Shown: positions 49,582-59,837, counted from the first letter of the stretch. The stretch: DNA of 64,000 nucleotides from an uncultured Alphaproteobacteria bacterium (GCA_963754675.1 CAVWHD010000026.1:199298-263297), one strand, 5' to 3'. The notes: generated by a model not told the origin, from the letters alone. Program-made: numbers and translations.

Positions 49582-50555
49582 ACCTGCTCAGCGTTCGCAA
49601 TCTGCACGTCCAATACGCCATAGCCGGAGCCCTCAAGGCGAAGATTGCCGGCTTGGCCAACCGCTTCATCGATGCGGTGATCGATGTGTCTTTCGACGTC
49701 GAGCAGGGAACCACGCTTGCCGTGGTCGGCGAAAGCGGTTCGGGAAAATCGACGCTTGCCCGCGCCATCGTCGGCCTCACGCCCTTTGTTTCGGGAAAGG
49801 TCGCATTCAACGGCGCCAATCCCTTCGCGCAAGGAATTCATCCCGATCGCGCCTATCACCGCGAAGTCGCCATGATGTTCCAGGATCCGGTGTCGAGCCT
49901 GTCGCCCCGCCGCACCGTCGAGTCGCTCATCGCCGAGCCCTTTGTCGTTCACGCCATCAAGGACAAGAACCTTGGCCTGGAAGTCCGCCGCCTGCTTTCT
50001 CTGGTGGGCCTGCCGGAGGATTTTTGCAGCCGCTATCCCCACCAGCTCTCCGGCGGCCAGGCACGGCGCGTCGGCGTGGCCCGCGCCATCGCCCTCAATC
50101 CCAAGCTCATCATTGCCGATGAACCGACCGCCGGCCTTGACGTTTCGGTCCAGGGAGAAATTCTCAATCTCCTCACCCGGCTGCAGGCCGAACTCGGTCT
50201 CACCTACATCATCATTACCCACAACCTCGCCGTCGTCCGCCATGTCAGCGACCGTACCGCCATCATGTATATGGGCCGCCTTGCCGAGGTAGGTCCCACG
50301 GCCGAAATCTTTCAGAACGCCGCCCACCCCTATACGGCCGCCCTGATTGCCGCCCAGCCCAATCCCGATCCCGCCAAGCGCCGCGCTGGAGCGGTTCTCA
50401 TGGGCGAAGTGACCAGCCTGCGCAACCGCCCCGCGGGCTGTGAGTTCCATCCCCGTTGTGGCTATGCGCAGGAACTCTGCCGGCGCCAAGTGCCGCGGCC
50501 CACCGAGCCAGGCCCCGCCCGCACGGTGCGCTGTCACTTCCCGCTTGGAAACTAG
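49578..50555 (+). CDS. Dpp/Opp-type ABC ATPase F
   Basis: GESGSGKST, LSGGQARR, DEPTAGLD, HPYT, GCEFHPRC. Confidence 0.92.
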   Translation: MNLLSVRNLHVQYAIAGALKAKIAGLANRFIDAVIDVSFDVEQGTTLAVVGESGSGKSTLARAIVGLTPFVSGKVAFNGANPFAQGIHPDRAYHREVAMMFQDPVSSLSPRRTVESLIAEPFVVHAIKDKNLGLEVRRLLSLVGLPEDFCSRYPHQLSGGQARRVGVARAIALNPKLIIADEPTAGLDVSVQGEILNLLTRLQAELGLTYIIITHNLAVVRHVSDRTAIMYMGRLAEVGPTAEIFQNAAHPYTAALIAAQPNPDPAKRRAGAVLMGEVTSLRNRPAGCEFHPRCGYAQELCRRQVPRPTEPGPARTVRCHFPLGN

Positions 50556-50581
50556 CAGCCGCCGATTGCGGCGGAGCATTT

Positions 50582-50605
50582 CTTGTTGTACGTTCGTTCA
50601 GCAAG
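50582..50605 (+). promoter_or_regulatory. Candidate TetR/BetI-like operator 1
   Basis: CTTGTTGTACGTTCGTTCAGCAAG, an imperfect palindrome 20/24 identical to the site at 56800-56823. Confidence 0.65.
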
Positions 50606-50625
50606 AAAACCGGGGAGACCGCCTG

Positions 50626-52638
50626 TTGCCGGCTATTCGCACCGACTACCCCTATGAAGTGGAAGCCCGCGATCCCGTGTGGATCGTTCTCTCCGATGGC
50701 GCCCGCATCGCAACCACGGTATGGCGGCCGCTGACCGCCAACAAGGTTCCGGTCGTCGTCGAAATGATTCCCTACCGCCGCCGCGACGGAACGGTGTTTC
50801 GCGATCTCGAATTGCACCCTTATATCGCCGGTCACGGCATCGCCTATGTCCGCGTTGACATACGCGGCAGCGGCGATTCCGATGGCATTTTGCGCGACGA
50901 GTATCTGCCGCGGGAACAGGCCGATGCTTGCGAGATCATCGCCTGGCTGGCGGCCCAGGAGTGGTGCAACGGCAATGTCGGCATGACCGGCATCAGCTGG
51001 GGCGGCTTCAACTCCCTCCAGGTTGCGGCCCTCAAGCCCCCTGCCCTTAGGGCCATCATCACGCTGTGTTCAACCGATGACCGCTACGACGACGATGTCC
51101 ACTACATGGGTGGGGCGCTCATCACCGAAAACGAGATGTGGTCGAACTTCATGCTCGCCCTCAACTCCATGCCGCCCGATCCGCAAATCGTCGGAGACCG
51201 CTGGCGCGAGATGTGGTTCGAACGGCTGGAGGCCAATCATTCATGGTCGGAACACTGGCTTAACCATCAGCGCCGCGACGCCTACTGGAAACAAGGTTCT
51301 GTCTGCGAGGATTTCGCCAGCATCGATTGCGCCGTCCTCGCCGTTTGCGGCTGGGAGGACTCCTACTCAAACTCGGTTCCACGCCTGCTCGAAAAACTTG
51401 ATTGCCCGAAGCTTGCGATCATCGGCCCATGGACCCATACCTATCCCTGCCGCACCGATCCCGGCCCTCACATCGGCTATCTCCAGGAAGCCCTGCGCTG
51501 GTGGAAGCACTGGCTTGCCGGGGAAGAAACCGCAATCATGGATGAACCGCTATACCGGGTGTGGATCACCGGTGAGGAGCGGCCCCGCCCCTGGTACAAG
51601 GATCATGCCGGCCATTGGGCCGCCGAAGAAGCCTGGCCCAGCCCGCGCATCGAGTGGCAAACCAGATATCTTAATGAAGAAGGCTTGGGTAAATCGCCAG
51701 TCACCGGCGGCACACGCTCGATGTCATGTCCCGCAACGGCGGGCACTGATTATGGGCGTTGGGGTGGCAATGGCGGAGAGTGTCCCGATCTCGCCATCGA
51801 TCAGCGCCGCGAAGATGGTCAGTCGCTGTGCTTCGATTCTGAAATGCTAAGCCACGACCTCACGCTTCTCGGCGCCGTGGAAGTGATCCTTGAACTGATC
51901 GTAAATAAGCCCCTCGTCAATATCGCCGTACGCCTGTGCGACGTCTATCCCGACGGGACTTCGGCGGTAATGACCTATGGTGTCCTCAACCTTTCCCATC
52001 GCAAGTCGCACGAAACGCCGGAGCCCTGCCCGGTTGGTCAGCCGTTCAAGGTGACGGTGAAATTGAATGACTTCGGCCGCACCATCCCCAAAGGGCACCG
52101 TCTGAGGATTGCTATTCAGAATCAATTCTGGTTCGTGCTGTGGCCGCAGCCGGAAATGTCTACACTCAGCGTATTGACTGGCCTTTCCCAGGTTAGGCTT
52201 CCAGTGCGCCCAGCTTCAGACTTGGACAAGCATGTGAGTTTCGCGCCGCCGGAAATTTCCCCGCCTGCAAACGCCACCATGCTGCGTGAAGAAAAACATG
52301 CCAAGACGGTGACGGACGATCTGGTAACGCGCTTGCGCACCATCACTCTCCATTCGGATTTCGGCGCATGGCACATCGAAGACCGCCACATCGAAGGATC
52401 GGCCAAGGCAACCGACCGTTTCATGATTCATCCTGATGACCCGCTCACCGCAAGGCTGCACAGTGAATATGCCTGGTCGATGAAAAGTGGGCCAGCCAAC
52501 GTATCGGGCATTGCCCAGACCGAGCTCACCGCCGATGCGACACATTTCCATTTGTCATGGAAATTTGAAGTGAGCGAGGCTGGCAAAATCGTCTTTACCC
52601 GCCAGCAAACCCGCGCCATTGCGCGCGACTATTGTTGA
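50626..52638 (+). CDS. CocE/NonD family serine hydrolase (paralog 3)
   Basis: TTG start after GGGGAG; PYRRRDGT, GISWGG, DDRYDDDVH, GPWTH. Confidence 0.9.
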   Translation: MPAIRTDYPYEVEARDPVWIVLSDGARIATTVWRPLTANKVPVVVEMIPYRRRDGTVFRDLELHPYIAGHGIAYVRVDIRGSGDSDGILRDEYLPREQADACEIIAWLAAQEWCNGNVGMTGISWGGFNSLQVAALKPPALRAIITLCSTDDRYDDDVHYMGGALITENEMWSNFMLALNSMPPDPQIVGDRWREMWFERLEANHSWSEHWLNHQRRDAYWKQGSVCEDFASIDCAVLAVCGWEDSYSNSVPRLLEKLDCPKLAIIGPWTHTYPCRTDPGPHIGYLQEALRWWKHWLAGEETAIMDEPLYRVWITGEERPRPWYKDHAGHWAAEEAWPSPRIEWQTRYLNEEGLGKSPVTGGTRSMSCPATAGTDYGRWGGNGGECPDLAIDQRREDGQSLCFDSEMLSHDLTLLGAVEVILELIVNKPLVNIAVRLCDVYPDGTSAVMTYGVLNLSHRKSHETPEPCPVGQPFKVTVKLNDFGRTIPKGHRLRIAIQNQFWFVLWPQPEMSTLSVLTGLSQVRLPVRPASDLDKHVSFAPPEISPPANATMLREEKHAKTVTDDLVTRLRTITLHSDFGAWHIEDRHIEGSAKATDRFMIHPDDPLTARLHSEYAWSMKSGPANVSGIAQTELTADATHFHLSWKFEVSEAGKIVFTRQQTRAIARDYC

Positions 52639-52646
52639 GAGCGGCC

Positions 52647-53270
52647 ATGGGCAAGGCAACCACGGGCCCACGCTTTCATCGCAAGACCGCCGATGCCCGC
52701 CGCGATTCGCTGATTGAAGCAGCCCTCCGCTGTATCGCCCGCGACGGGATTGCAGGCTTTACAGTCGACAACATTTCCCAGGAAGCCGGTATTTCCAGAG
52801 GGCTTATCAATCACCATTTCGATGGCATCGAAGGCCTGCTGGTGGCTGTCTACAGCGCCATGACCTCATCGATGGAGGCCGCCGGGCGCACCGCGCTCCT
52901 GATTGACGGCGGCGCCGAGGAGCGGCTTTCGGCCGTCGTCAACACCATGTTTGCACCACCCATGTTTACCAAGGCGAGTCTCCGCGCCTGGTTGGCCCTG
53001 TGGGGCGAGGTCGCGGTCAATCCAAAGCTCAGGAGCGCCCATCGCAAATCCTACAGCCAATACCGCCAGGCCATGACCGCGGCGATTGGCGAGTTGGCAA
53101 CCGCGCGCCAGATCAAACTCGACGAGGTGGCCCTCGCCACCACCATCATTGCGCTGATCGACGGACTGTGGATCGAGTGGTGCCTCGACCCTTCCATCGT
53201 CACGCCGCAGCGCGCCAAGGACAATGTCTACGGCGTCCTCGAAGCGAGACTAGGCATGCTTCACAGGTAA
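52647..53270 (+). CDS. TetR family regulator, BetI-like
   Basis: RRDSLIEAALRCIARDGIAGFTVDNISQEAGISRGLINHHF; C-domain WLALW...ALIDGLW. Confidence 0.88.
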   Translation: MGKATTGPRFHRKTADARRDSLIEAALRCIARDGIAGFTVDNISQEAGISRGLINHHFDGIEGLLVAVYSAMTSSMEAAGRTALLIDGGAEERLSAVVNTMFAPPMFTKASLRAWLALWGEVAVNPKLRSAHRKSYSQYRQAMTAAIGELATARQIKLDEVALATTIIALIDGLWIEWCLDPSIVTPQRAKDNVYGVLEARLGMLHR

Positions 53271-54769
53271 TCCAGCTTTCGCCGCGCAATGAAATCCTTG
53301 AGTGCTTCATCAATGCCGGGATCGATTGGCGGCTGCTCGTAATCCGAGAGGATTTGCTTCCACAGCCGGTTCGCCTTGATTGGAGCGGTTTCGCTGCCGC
53401 GCTCCTGCCAGCTGCCATAATTGTCCCAGTTGGATATCATCGGCTGGTAGAACGCCGTCTCATAGCGATCGAGCGTATGTTGCGTGCCAAAGAAATGGCC
53501 GGCGGGCCCCACATCACGTACCGCCGCCAGCGCCAGCGTTTCCTGATTGACCTCGAACGGCCGGCTATAGGCCGCCATCATCTGCAGCATGTCGGCATCG
53601 ATGATCAGTTTTTCGAACGACGCCGTGAGCCCGCCATTGAGCCACCCCGCCGCGTGCAACACCATATTGGCGCCGCCCATGATCGAGCCCCACAGCGCCA
53701 TCATGCTTTCATAAGCGGCCTGCGCATCGACATCATTGGCGGCCGTCACATTGCTCGAGCGGAACGGCACCTTGAGAAGCCGCGCCAGTTGGCCCGAGGC
53801 TTGTGCCGCCTGCGCGTATTCCGGCGTGCCGAAAGCAGGAGCACCCGACTTCATGTCGACATTGGAGGTAAAGCCGCCATACATGACCGGGGCGCCGGTC
53901 CTGACGCTTTGCGTGAGCACGATTCCAGCCATCGCTTCCGCGTGCTGCTGCGCCAGGGCGCCCGCGATCGTCACCGGACTCATGGCGCCAGCTAGCGTGA
54001 AGGGCGTAATGACATTGCACTGGCCATGCTCAGCCATGGCAATCAATCCCTCCGCCATCGGGATATCGAGTTGCAGCGGCGAGTTCGTGTTGATGATGGC
54101 GGTAAAGACGCAAGTGTCGATGAGATCCTCGCGCTTTCGTCCAAGCGAGATGGCAGCCACATCCAGTGCGTCGATTGCCAAATCGCGGCCAAGCCCCTGC
54201 GGCTGCCAATTCTTGTCGAGGAGCGTTGCCTGGGCATAGTAGAGATCGAGATGCCGGGTGCGCGGATTGAGATCGAGCGCCTCGAACGGACCGCCCCCCT
54301 CCTGATGGAGGATGTTGAGGCTCTGAATGATCTTGATGAAATCGCACTGCTCGGCGAACGTCCCCTGCCGCCGTCCGCGATCGAGATCGCAGACATAGGC
54401 GGGGCCGCCGACCGATGAGAAAATGAAGTTGGGACCGCCGACCTTGACGGACTTGGCGGGATCGCGAGCCGTGAGGGTGAACGCCGATGGCGCCTTTGCA
54501 ACCCACTCTATCACCATGTCACGGCCAAAGCGCACGCGGTCGCCACCATCGGCGACTTCAGCACCGGCCTTGATGTAGAGCGTCCGCGCCTTCTCCGACA
54601 ACACCTTCATGCCAATCTCTTCGAGGATGGTGAGTGCGGTGTTGTGGATTGCCATTACCTGATCCGTCGAGAGTATCTCGACGGGCTTGTAGCGCAGGCT
54701 CAGCTGCCGGAACGGCGGTTGGGCAACCGACGGCGAGTGGCGCGAACTTCTGTCACGGCGGCGGGTCAT
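53261..54769 (-). CDS. MttB-family methyltransferase, non-pyrrolysine (paralog 2)
   Basis: IINTNSPLQLD, TPFTLAGAMSPVTIAGA, YGGFTSNVDMKSGAPAFGTPE, HAAGWLNGGL.ASFEK, GPAGHFFG. Confidence 0.92.
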   Translation of the reverse strand: MTRRRDRSSRHSPSVAQPPFRQLSLRYKPVEILSTDQVMAIHNTALTILEEIGMKVLSEKARTLYIKAGAEVADGGDRVRFGRDMVIEWVAKAPSAFTLTARDPAKSVKVGGPNFIFSSVGGPAYVCDLDRGRRQGTFAEQCDFIKIIQSLNILHQEGGGPFEALDLNPRTRHLDLYYAQATLLDKNWQPQGLGRDLAIDALDVAAISLGRKREDLIDTCVFTAIINTNSPLQLDIPMAEGLIAMAEHGQCNVITPFTLAGAMSPVTIAGALAQQHAEAMAGIVLTQSVRTGAPVMYGGFTSNVDMKSGAPAFGTPEYAQAAQASGQLARLLKVPFRSSNVTAANDVDAQAAYESMMALWGSIMGGANMVLHAAGWLNGGLTASFEKLIIDADMLQMMAAYSRPFEVNQETLALAAVRDVGPAGHFFGTQHTLDRYETAFYQPMISNWDNYGSWQERGSETAPIKANRLWKQILSDYEQPPIDPGIDEALKDFIARRKLDYL

Positions 54770-56790
54770 GCCGAGGGCCTTTCCCGGCGCACCGGTTCGT
54801 TTGATAGCGCTTCACCAAATTCGCGCGCCAAGCGGTGGCCGCCAAACACTGCGTCCGCGATGCTTGATGGCGCAAGACAATCGCCAACGCGGGTGACTGA
54901 CTTGATGGATTTCATCTGCTTCACCGGTTCATAGAGTGTGTCAATGGGGCTGCGGCCGGTGACCAGGATGAGCGTCCCAAGCTCGATCCGAACCGGCTCC
55001 GCCAATAGCGCATGGTTGAATTCAGTTCCGTGGCGATCGACCCGTGTCAGCACATGTGAGACCAGAAGCCGAATTCCGAGATCGCGGAGCCGCTCCTCGA
55101 TCAGATACTGCTCGTCCGTCATCTGGGTCCATGACGAGACGATCGGCGCGCTCGTGACATAGGTGACATCGTGTCCTTGGCCTCTCAGCTTCTCGGCAAG
55201 CGCACTGGCCATGGAATAGTGATCGTCGTCATAGATCACCACGCGTCCTTTCAGCTCCGGCAAAGCATCTGGTGTTGCAATCGGGGCATCATCGCTGATC
55301 AGAGCCGGCCTATCGCCAACAACGCCGATGCCGTCGCGGCGCCACTGGCTGCCGGTGGCCAACACCACATGATCAACGTCAAGCCCCAGGATATCTTCGG
55401 CCGTCAGATTGCTCTCGCGGAAGATTTCCACATTTGCGAGTTTTGTCAGCATGTGTACCCGATGATCGCGCACCCTGATCCAGGTGCCAAGGCCCGGCAA
55501 CGACGATTCAAACTTCAGTCTGCCACCCAACTCGCGCGACGCTTCCGCCAGCATGACCTCATGGCCGCGGCGGCCAAGTGAGAGTGCCGCTTCAAGCCCC
55601 GCAGGCCCGGCGCCAACTACCAATATGCGTCCTTCGACCGACTTGGCCGGAATTTTCTCCGGATGCCAGCCGCGCCGCCATTCCTCGCCCATGGCCGGAT
55701 TCTGCGTGCAGCGGATCGGCGCCGCCTCATTGTTGGCAGCCCTACAGATATTGCAGCCAATGCACTCGCGAATCTCGTCCTCACGGCCATCGCGAATCTT
55801 GTTGGGCAGGAACGGATCGGCAATCGACGGCCGCGCCGCTCCGATAAGATCGAGGACACCACCGCGGATTTGACCGGCCATCATGTCAGGCGATGTGAAG
55901 CGGCCGACGCCAACCACGGGTTTCGTCGTAAGCTGCTTCACGAATGCCACGTAGTCCTGCTGAAACGCTTCGCTGGAAAACCGCGCGCTGCGCGAATCAT
56001 TGCCAAGCGCGCCGGCGAGATTGACGTCCCACAGATCCGGCAGCTCCGCCAGTAACGAAACAATCTCCCGAGCCTCGCCATCATGAGTGATCCCGGATGG
56101 TCCATGCAACTCATCGACCGCCATGCGAAGCGCCACGGCGCATTGGCCTTTGACCGCCTCGCGTGTCGTCTCGATCATTTCGCGAATGAGGCGCGTCCGA
56201 TTCTCGACATTGCCGCCATACTCATCATTCCGCCGATTGCTGCGCGGCGACAGAAATTGGAACGGCAGATAGTCGTGACCCGCATAGACATAGACAATGT
56301 CGGCGCCGGCCCGCCTGGCGCGCACAGCCGCATCATGCTGCCAGCCCAGAAACGCGGCGATGTCGGACTTGTCCATGGCCCGCGCCGAACCGGGACCGCC
56401 CAGCTTCAATCGTTGGTAAGACGGCGCCAATACTGGTTCGCGCGTTAGGCGGTTGCTGGTGTGAAAGCCGCCATGCCAGAGCTCGACGCCCATGAGGCTG
56501 CCATGCTGGTGAATGGCATCGCCGATGGCCGCCAGCGCCCGAACATCGTCTTCGTCCCACAGCGACAGATAGGCAAAGGGAAAATCGTCCGATGAGGGGT
56601 GAATCGAGCAGTATTCCGTGCACACTACTCCCCAGCCCCCTTCCGCCTTGATGCCGCGCAGCGCCGCCGACGCCTTCGGCGCCCGCCAGCCCATGCCGGT
56701 GGCGTGCGGCGTCTGATAGAACCGGTTGGGCGACGTAACCGGCCCGATCTTCACCGGTTCAAATAGAATATCGTAGGCGGGGTTTCGCAA
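54766..56790 (-). CDS. Trimethylamine/dimethylamine/histamine dehydrogenase-like Fe-S flavoprotein
   Basis: NRFYQTPH, KAEGGWGVVCTEYCSIHP, VYAGHDY, CIGCNIC...CTQNP, GAGPAGLEAA; TTG start with AGGAG. Confidence 0.85.
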   Translation of the reverse strand: MRNPAYDILFEPVKIGPVTSPNRFYQTPHATGMGWRAPKASAALRGIKAEGGWGVVCTEYCSIHPSSDDFPFAYLSLWDEDDVRALAAIGDAIHQHGSLMGVELWHGGFHTSNRLTREPVLAPSYQRLKLGGPGSARAMDKSDIAAFLGWQHDAAVRARRAGADIVYVYAGHDYLPFQFLSPRSNRRNDEYGGNVENRTRLIREMIETTREAVKGQCAVALRMAVDELHGPSGITHDGEAREIVSLLAELPDLWDVNLAGALGNDSRSARFSSEAFQQDYVAFVKQLTTKPVVGVGRFTSPDMMAGQIRGGVLDLIGAARPSIADPFLPNKIRDGREDEIRECIGCNICRAANNEAAPIRCTQNPAMGEEWRRGWHPEKIPAKSVEGRILVVGAGPAGLEAALSLGRRGHEVMLAEASRELGGRLKFESSLPGLGTWIRVRDHRVHMLTKLANVEIFRESNLTAEDILGLDVDHVVLATGSQWRRDGIGVVGDRPALISDDAPIATPDALPELKGRVVIYDDDHYSMASALAEKLRGQGHDVTYVTSAPIVSSWTQMTDEQYLIEERLRDLGIRLLVSHVLTRVDRHGTEFNHALLAEPVRIELGTLILVTGRSPIDTLYEPVKQMKSIKSVTRVGDCLAPSSIADAVFGGHRLAREFGEALSNEPVRRERPSA

Positions 56791-56799
56791 GGTTATCTC

Positions 56800-56823
56800 C
56801 TTATTGAACGATTGTACAACAAG
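56800..56823 (-). promoter_or_regulatory. Candidate TetR/BetI-like operator 2
   Basis: Minus strand CTTGTTGTACAATCGTTCAATAAG, directly upstream of the SD of the dehydrogenase gene. Confidence 0.65.
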
Positions 56824-56826
56824 AGA

Positions 56827-57759
56827 TCACCCCGCCGCAAGCGCTGGTCTTCCCCCGCCTGGAGCTTCGGTCAGCCACTCGATAAGCGCCCTCATTCCGG
56901 CCTTGCGCGCCTTGCTGCGCGGATGCACCAGGCAGTAGGGATGGCCGAGCGCGATGGCCTCCGTTGCAAGCGCAACAAGGCGTCCGGCGGCAATATCGTC
57001 AGCCGCCATCATCCGCTGCCCCAACGCCACACCGACACCGTCGCGGGCCAGATCGAGCGTGAGGCTCGACATGCCCACGCGGTAGCCCTTGGCCTCGCTC
57101 GGCCGCTCGGCGCCGGCAATGGCAAACCACGCATGCCAAGTGGGATGCGACACGAAGCTCGGCCCCCAATTGGTGTGGATGAGATCGTCATCGGGCACCG
57201 CGTCCATGCCCTGCTCCTTCACCAACGGATTGCGCGCCAAATAGGCCGGACTGCATAGAGGCAGAACCTCGTCCTGCAGCAGGTGGATGGTGTTCAATTC
57301 GGGATAGAGATTGGTGCCGTAGCAAATGCGAAGATCGATGTCCTGGCGGGCGAAATCCACCGGATCGTCCTCGACCCGCAAATCGATCCGCAATGCTCGT
57401 TGGTGCAAGGCGAATGCCGCAAGCCTGGGTTCCAGCCAGCGATGGGAAACCGACGGCAAGACGCTGACCACCAGGCGGGAATTGGTACGACCCGACATCA
57501 GCTGTTCGGTCAGCTGCGAAATCGACTGGAGCGACTCCGAGGCACCCGAGTAGATCGCCTGCCCCGCGTCGGTAAGAACAATTCGGTTGTTGAATCGCAT
57601 GAACAGTTGTTTGCCCAGAAACTCCTCAAGGTTACGGACCTGCTGGCTGACCGCCGCGGGCGAAACTCCTAGCTCTTCAGCCGCCGCCACATAGCTTCCC
57701 GTCCGGGCGGCCGCCTCGAAGGCCCGCAACGCGTTGAGTGGAGGTAAGGAAAGTGGCAT
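56827..57759 (-). CDS. LysR family regulator, GcvA-like
   Basis: LPPLNALRAFEAAARTGSYVAAAEELGVSPAAVSQQVRNLE..LG..LF.R. Confidence 0.93.
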   Translation of the reverse strand: MPLSLPPLNALRAFEAAARTGSYVAAAEELGVSPAAVSQQVRNLEEFLGKQLFMRFNNRIVLTDAGQAIYSGASESLQSISQLTEQLMSGRTNSRLVVSVLPSVSHRWLEPRLAAFALHQRALRIDLRVEDDPVDFARQDIDLRICYGTNLYPELNTIHLLQDEVLPLCSPAYLARNPLVKEQGMDAVPDDDLIHTNWGPSFVSHPTWHAWFAIAGAERPSEAKGYRVGMSSLTLDLARDGVGVALGQRMMAADDIAAGRLVALATEAIALGHPYCLVHPRSKARKAGMRALIEWLTEAPGGGRPALAAG

Positions 57760-57765
57760 GGCAGG

Positions 57766-57788
57766 CTGACCTAGTTTTTCTAAGTCAG
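57766..57788. promoter_or_regulatory. Candidate LysR binding palindrome in the divergent promoter
   Basis: CTGACCTAG-TTTTT-CTAAGTCAG near-perfect inverted repeat containing T-N11-A. Confidence 0.55.
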
Positions 57789-57864
57789 AATAACATTTTC
57801 CCACCTTGAGAAAAGAAAATACTTGGTCAAACTCAGGTTGTTATATCCGCGGGGGACATTCGTC

Positions 57865-58653
57865 ATGCGCGACATTCTCGATCTCGACCGCTACCCGCTC
57901 GACAAGCCGGGCTCCCCACCATGGCACGACCTCGTCGCCCAGTGCCGCAACGCCCTCATGCGCGACGGCATGTTCAACCTCGAAGGACTGGTGAAACCGG
58001 CGGCCCTCGCCCGCGCCATGGCCGAGATCAGGCCGGTGATGGAGACCTTGTCCTTCGTCCACAAGCGCTCCCACAACATCTACTTCAAGAAGGAAGTTCC
58101 GGGCCTCGCCCCAGATCATCCCGCCCTTCGCATGGTCGATACCGTCAACCACACGGTCTGCGGCGATCAGATACCCCAGAGCGTGCCCGTCTGGATCTAC
58201 GAGTGGCCGCAATTCGCGGTCTTCCTCGCCGCCACCATGGAGAAGGATACGCTGTTTGTCATGCGTGATCCGCTCGCCCGGGTAAATGTCATGTCCTACC
58301 GCGACGGCGAAGCCCTCAACTGGCATTTCGACCGCTCGGAATTCACCACCACTCTTCTACTGCAGGAACCGGGCGGCGGCGGCGAATTCCAATACCGCTC
58401 CGATCTCCGCAGCGATAGCGATCCTAACTATGATGGCATCGCACGGTTGCTTGCGGACAAGGACAATGAAGTGAAGACTTTGAAGCTCTCGGCCGGCACG
58501 CTGAATGTCTTCAAGGGCAAGAACACCCTGCACCGGGTAACGCCCTGCAAGGGGCCACGGGAGCGCTACATCGCGGTCTTCTCCTATTACGAGAGACCGG
58601 GCGTCATATTCTCGAAGGAAGAGCAGATCGGTTTCTACGGCCGCGCCGCCTGA
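57865..58653 (+). CDS. Fe(II)/2-oxoglutarate-dependent oxygenase (HalD/BesD-like fold, hydroxylase-type HxD)
   Basis: LNWHFDRSEF (HxD), LHRVTP (H), RYIAVFSY (2OG-binding R). Confidence 0.8.
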   Translation: MRDILDLDRYPLDKPGSPPWHDLVAQCRNALMRDGMFNLEGLVKPAALARAMAEIRPVMETLSFVHKRSHNIYFKKEVPGLAPDHPALRMVDTVNHTVCGDQIPQSVPVWIYEWPQFAVFLAATMEKDTLFVMRDPLARVNVMSYRDGEALNWHFDRSEFTTTLLLQEPGGGGEFQYRSDLRSDSDPNYDGIARLLADKDNEVKTLKLSAGTLNVFKGKNTLHRVTPCKGPRERYIAVFSYYERPGVIFSKEEQIGFYGRAA

Positions 58654-58688
58654 CAGCGGTCCACATTTCCATCACGGGGGAAACAACC

Positions 58689-59829
58689 ATGACCCACGGC
58701 ACGCTTGCTGAACTTGGACAGGCTCTCAAGCAAAGCGAGAAGCTGGGATACGACCAGGCGTGGTCTATGCCGAAATCCTACTACACCAACCCGGATGTTC
58801 TGGCGATTGAACGCCAACACCTGTTCGGCAATGAATGGATATGTATCGGCCGCACAGACGAGATTGCCAAATCAGGCGACTACATGACGTTCCAGCTATG
58901 CGATGAACCGCTCATTGCGGTGCGCGGCGAAGACGGCAAGATCCGCGTCCTGTCAAACGTCTGCCGCCACCGCGGCGCGCTTCTCGCCGACGGGCGGGGC
59001 AACACCCACCGTCTCGTCTGCCCCTATCATCACTGGTCCTACGATCTCGAGGGAAAATTGGCGGGCGCCCCGCGTATGGATGTCCACAAGACATTCGACA
59101 AGGCGGCTTGCCGCTTGCCGAAATTCGCCGCGGAGGAATGGCATGGATTTCTCTTTGCCAATCTGAGCACTAACCCGCCGCCGCTGGCGCCGCGCCTGGC
59201 TGGATTGGCAAGCCTCATCCGCAACTATCACATGGAAGAGATGAAGCTCCGATATGTCGCCGACGAAATCTGGCACACCAATTGGAAGTGCCTGATCGAG
59301 AATTTCATGGAAGGCTACCACCTATCGCCTCTGCACAAGACCACGCTGCACCCCGTCAACCCCACCAAGCTCTGCACGCCATTTCCCGGCGGGAGACGCC
59401 TATTTCGGCTACAACGCCGGTTATTCGCCGGACCTGCCGCGCTCCCAGAAGGGCCATCCCGACCTCACCAACGCCGAGGCCGATAACTGTGTGATGTTCG
59501 CCATTCCACCCGGCCTCGTCTCCGGCTGCGGTGGCGACTACAGTTCATTCATCTGTGTTCAACCGGAATCGACCAATCGGGTACGCGCCAAGATGGGGCT
59601 TATCTTCTATGGCGAGGGCTGGCCGCAAAGTGCCGTGGACCACGCGGTCAAACTGTTCAACGCTACCATGGCCGAGGACAAGACGGTGCTCGTCGATCTG
59701 ATGCGCGGCATGGCCTCGAAACACCACGCGCGCGGACCATTGGCTCCGGCAGATTTTGAGGGTCCCGTTCTCGACTTCTACCGGTATTACAGCTGCCGGC
59801 TGAGCAGCGCGCTCACAACTCGCGGTTAG
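58689..59829 (+). CDS. Rieske non-heme iron oxygenase alpha subunit (quaternary-amine GbcA/CntA/Stc2-like); frameshift at ~59378
   Basis: CRHRG...CPYHHW Rieske motif, ENFMEGYHLSPLH mononuclear Fe site, MAED. Confidence 0.88.
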
Positions 59830-59837
59830 TTTGGGAG

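Noticed and set aside
32278-54769. Pyrrolysine-containing MttB
   Set aside because: No in-frame TAG; the equivalent region reads RSSNF or RSSNV, and there are no pyl genes in the window.
57865-58653. BesD/HalD-type halogenase
   Set aside because: The facial triad is HxD (HFD); halogenases have HxG/A at this position.
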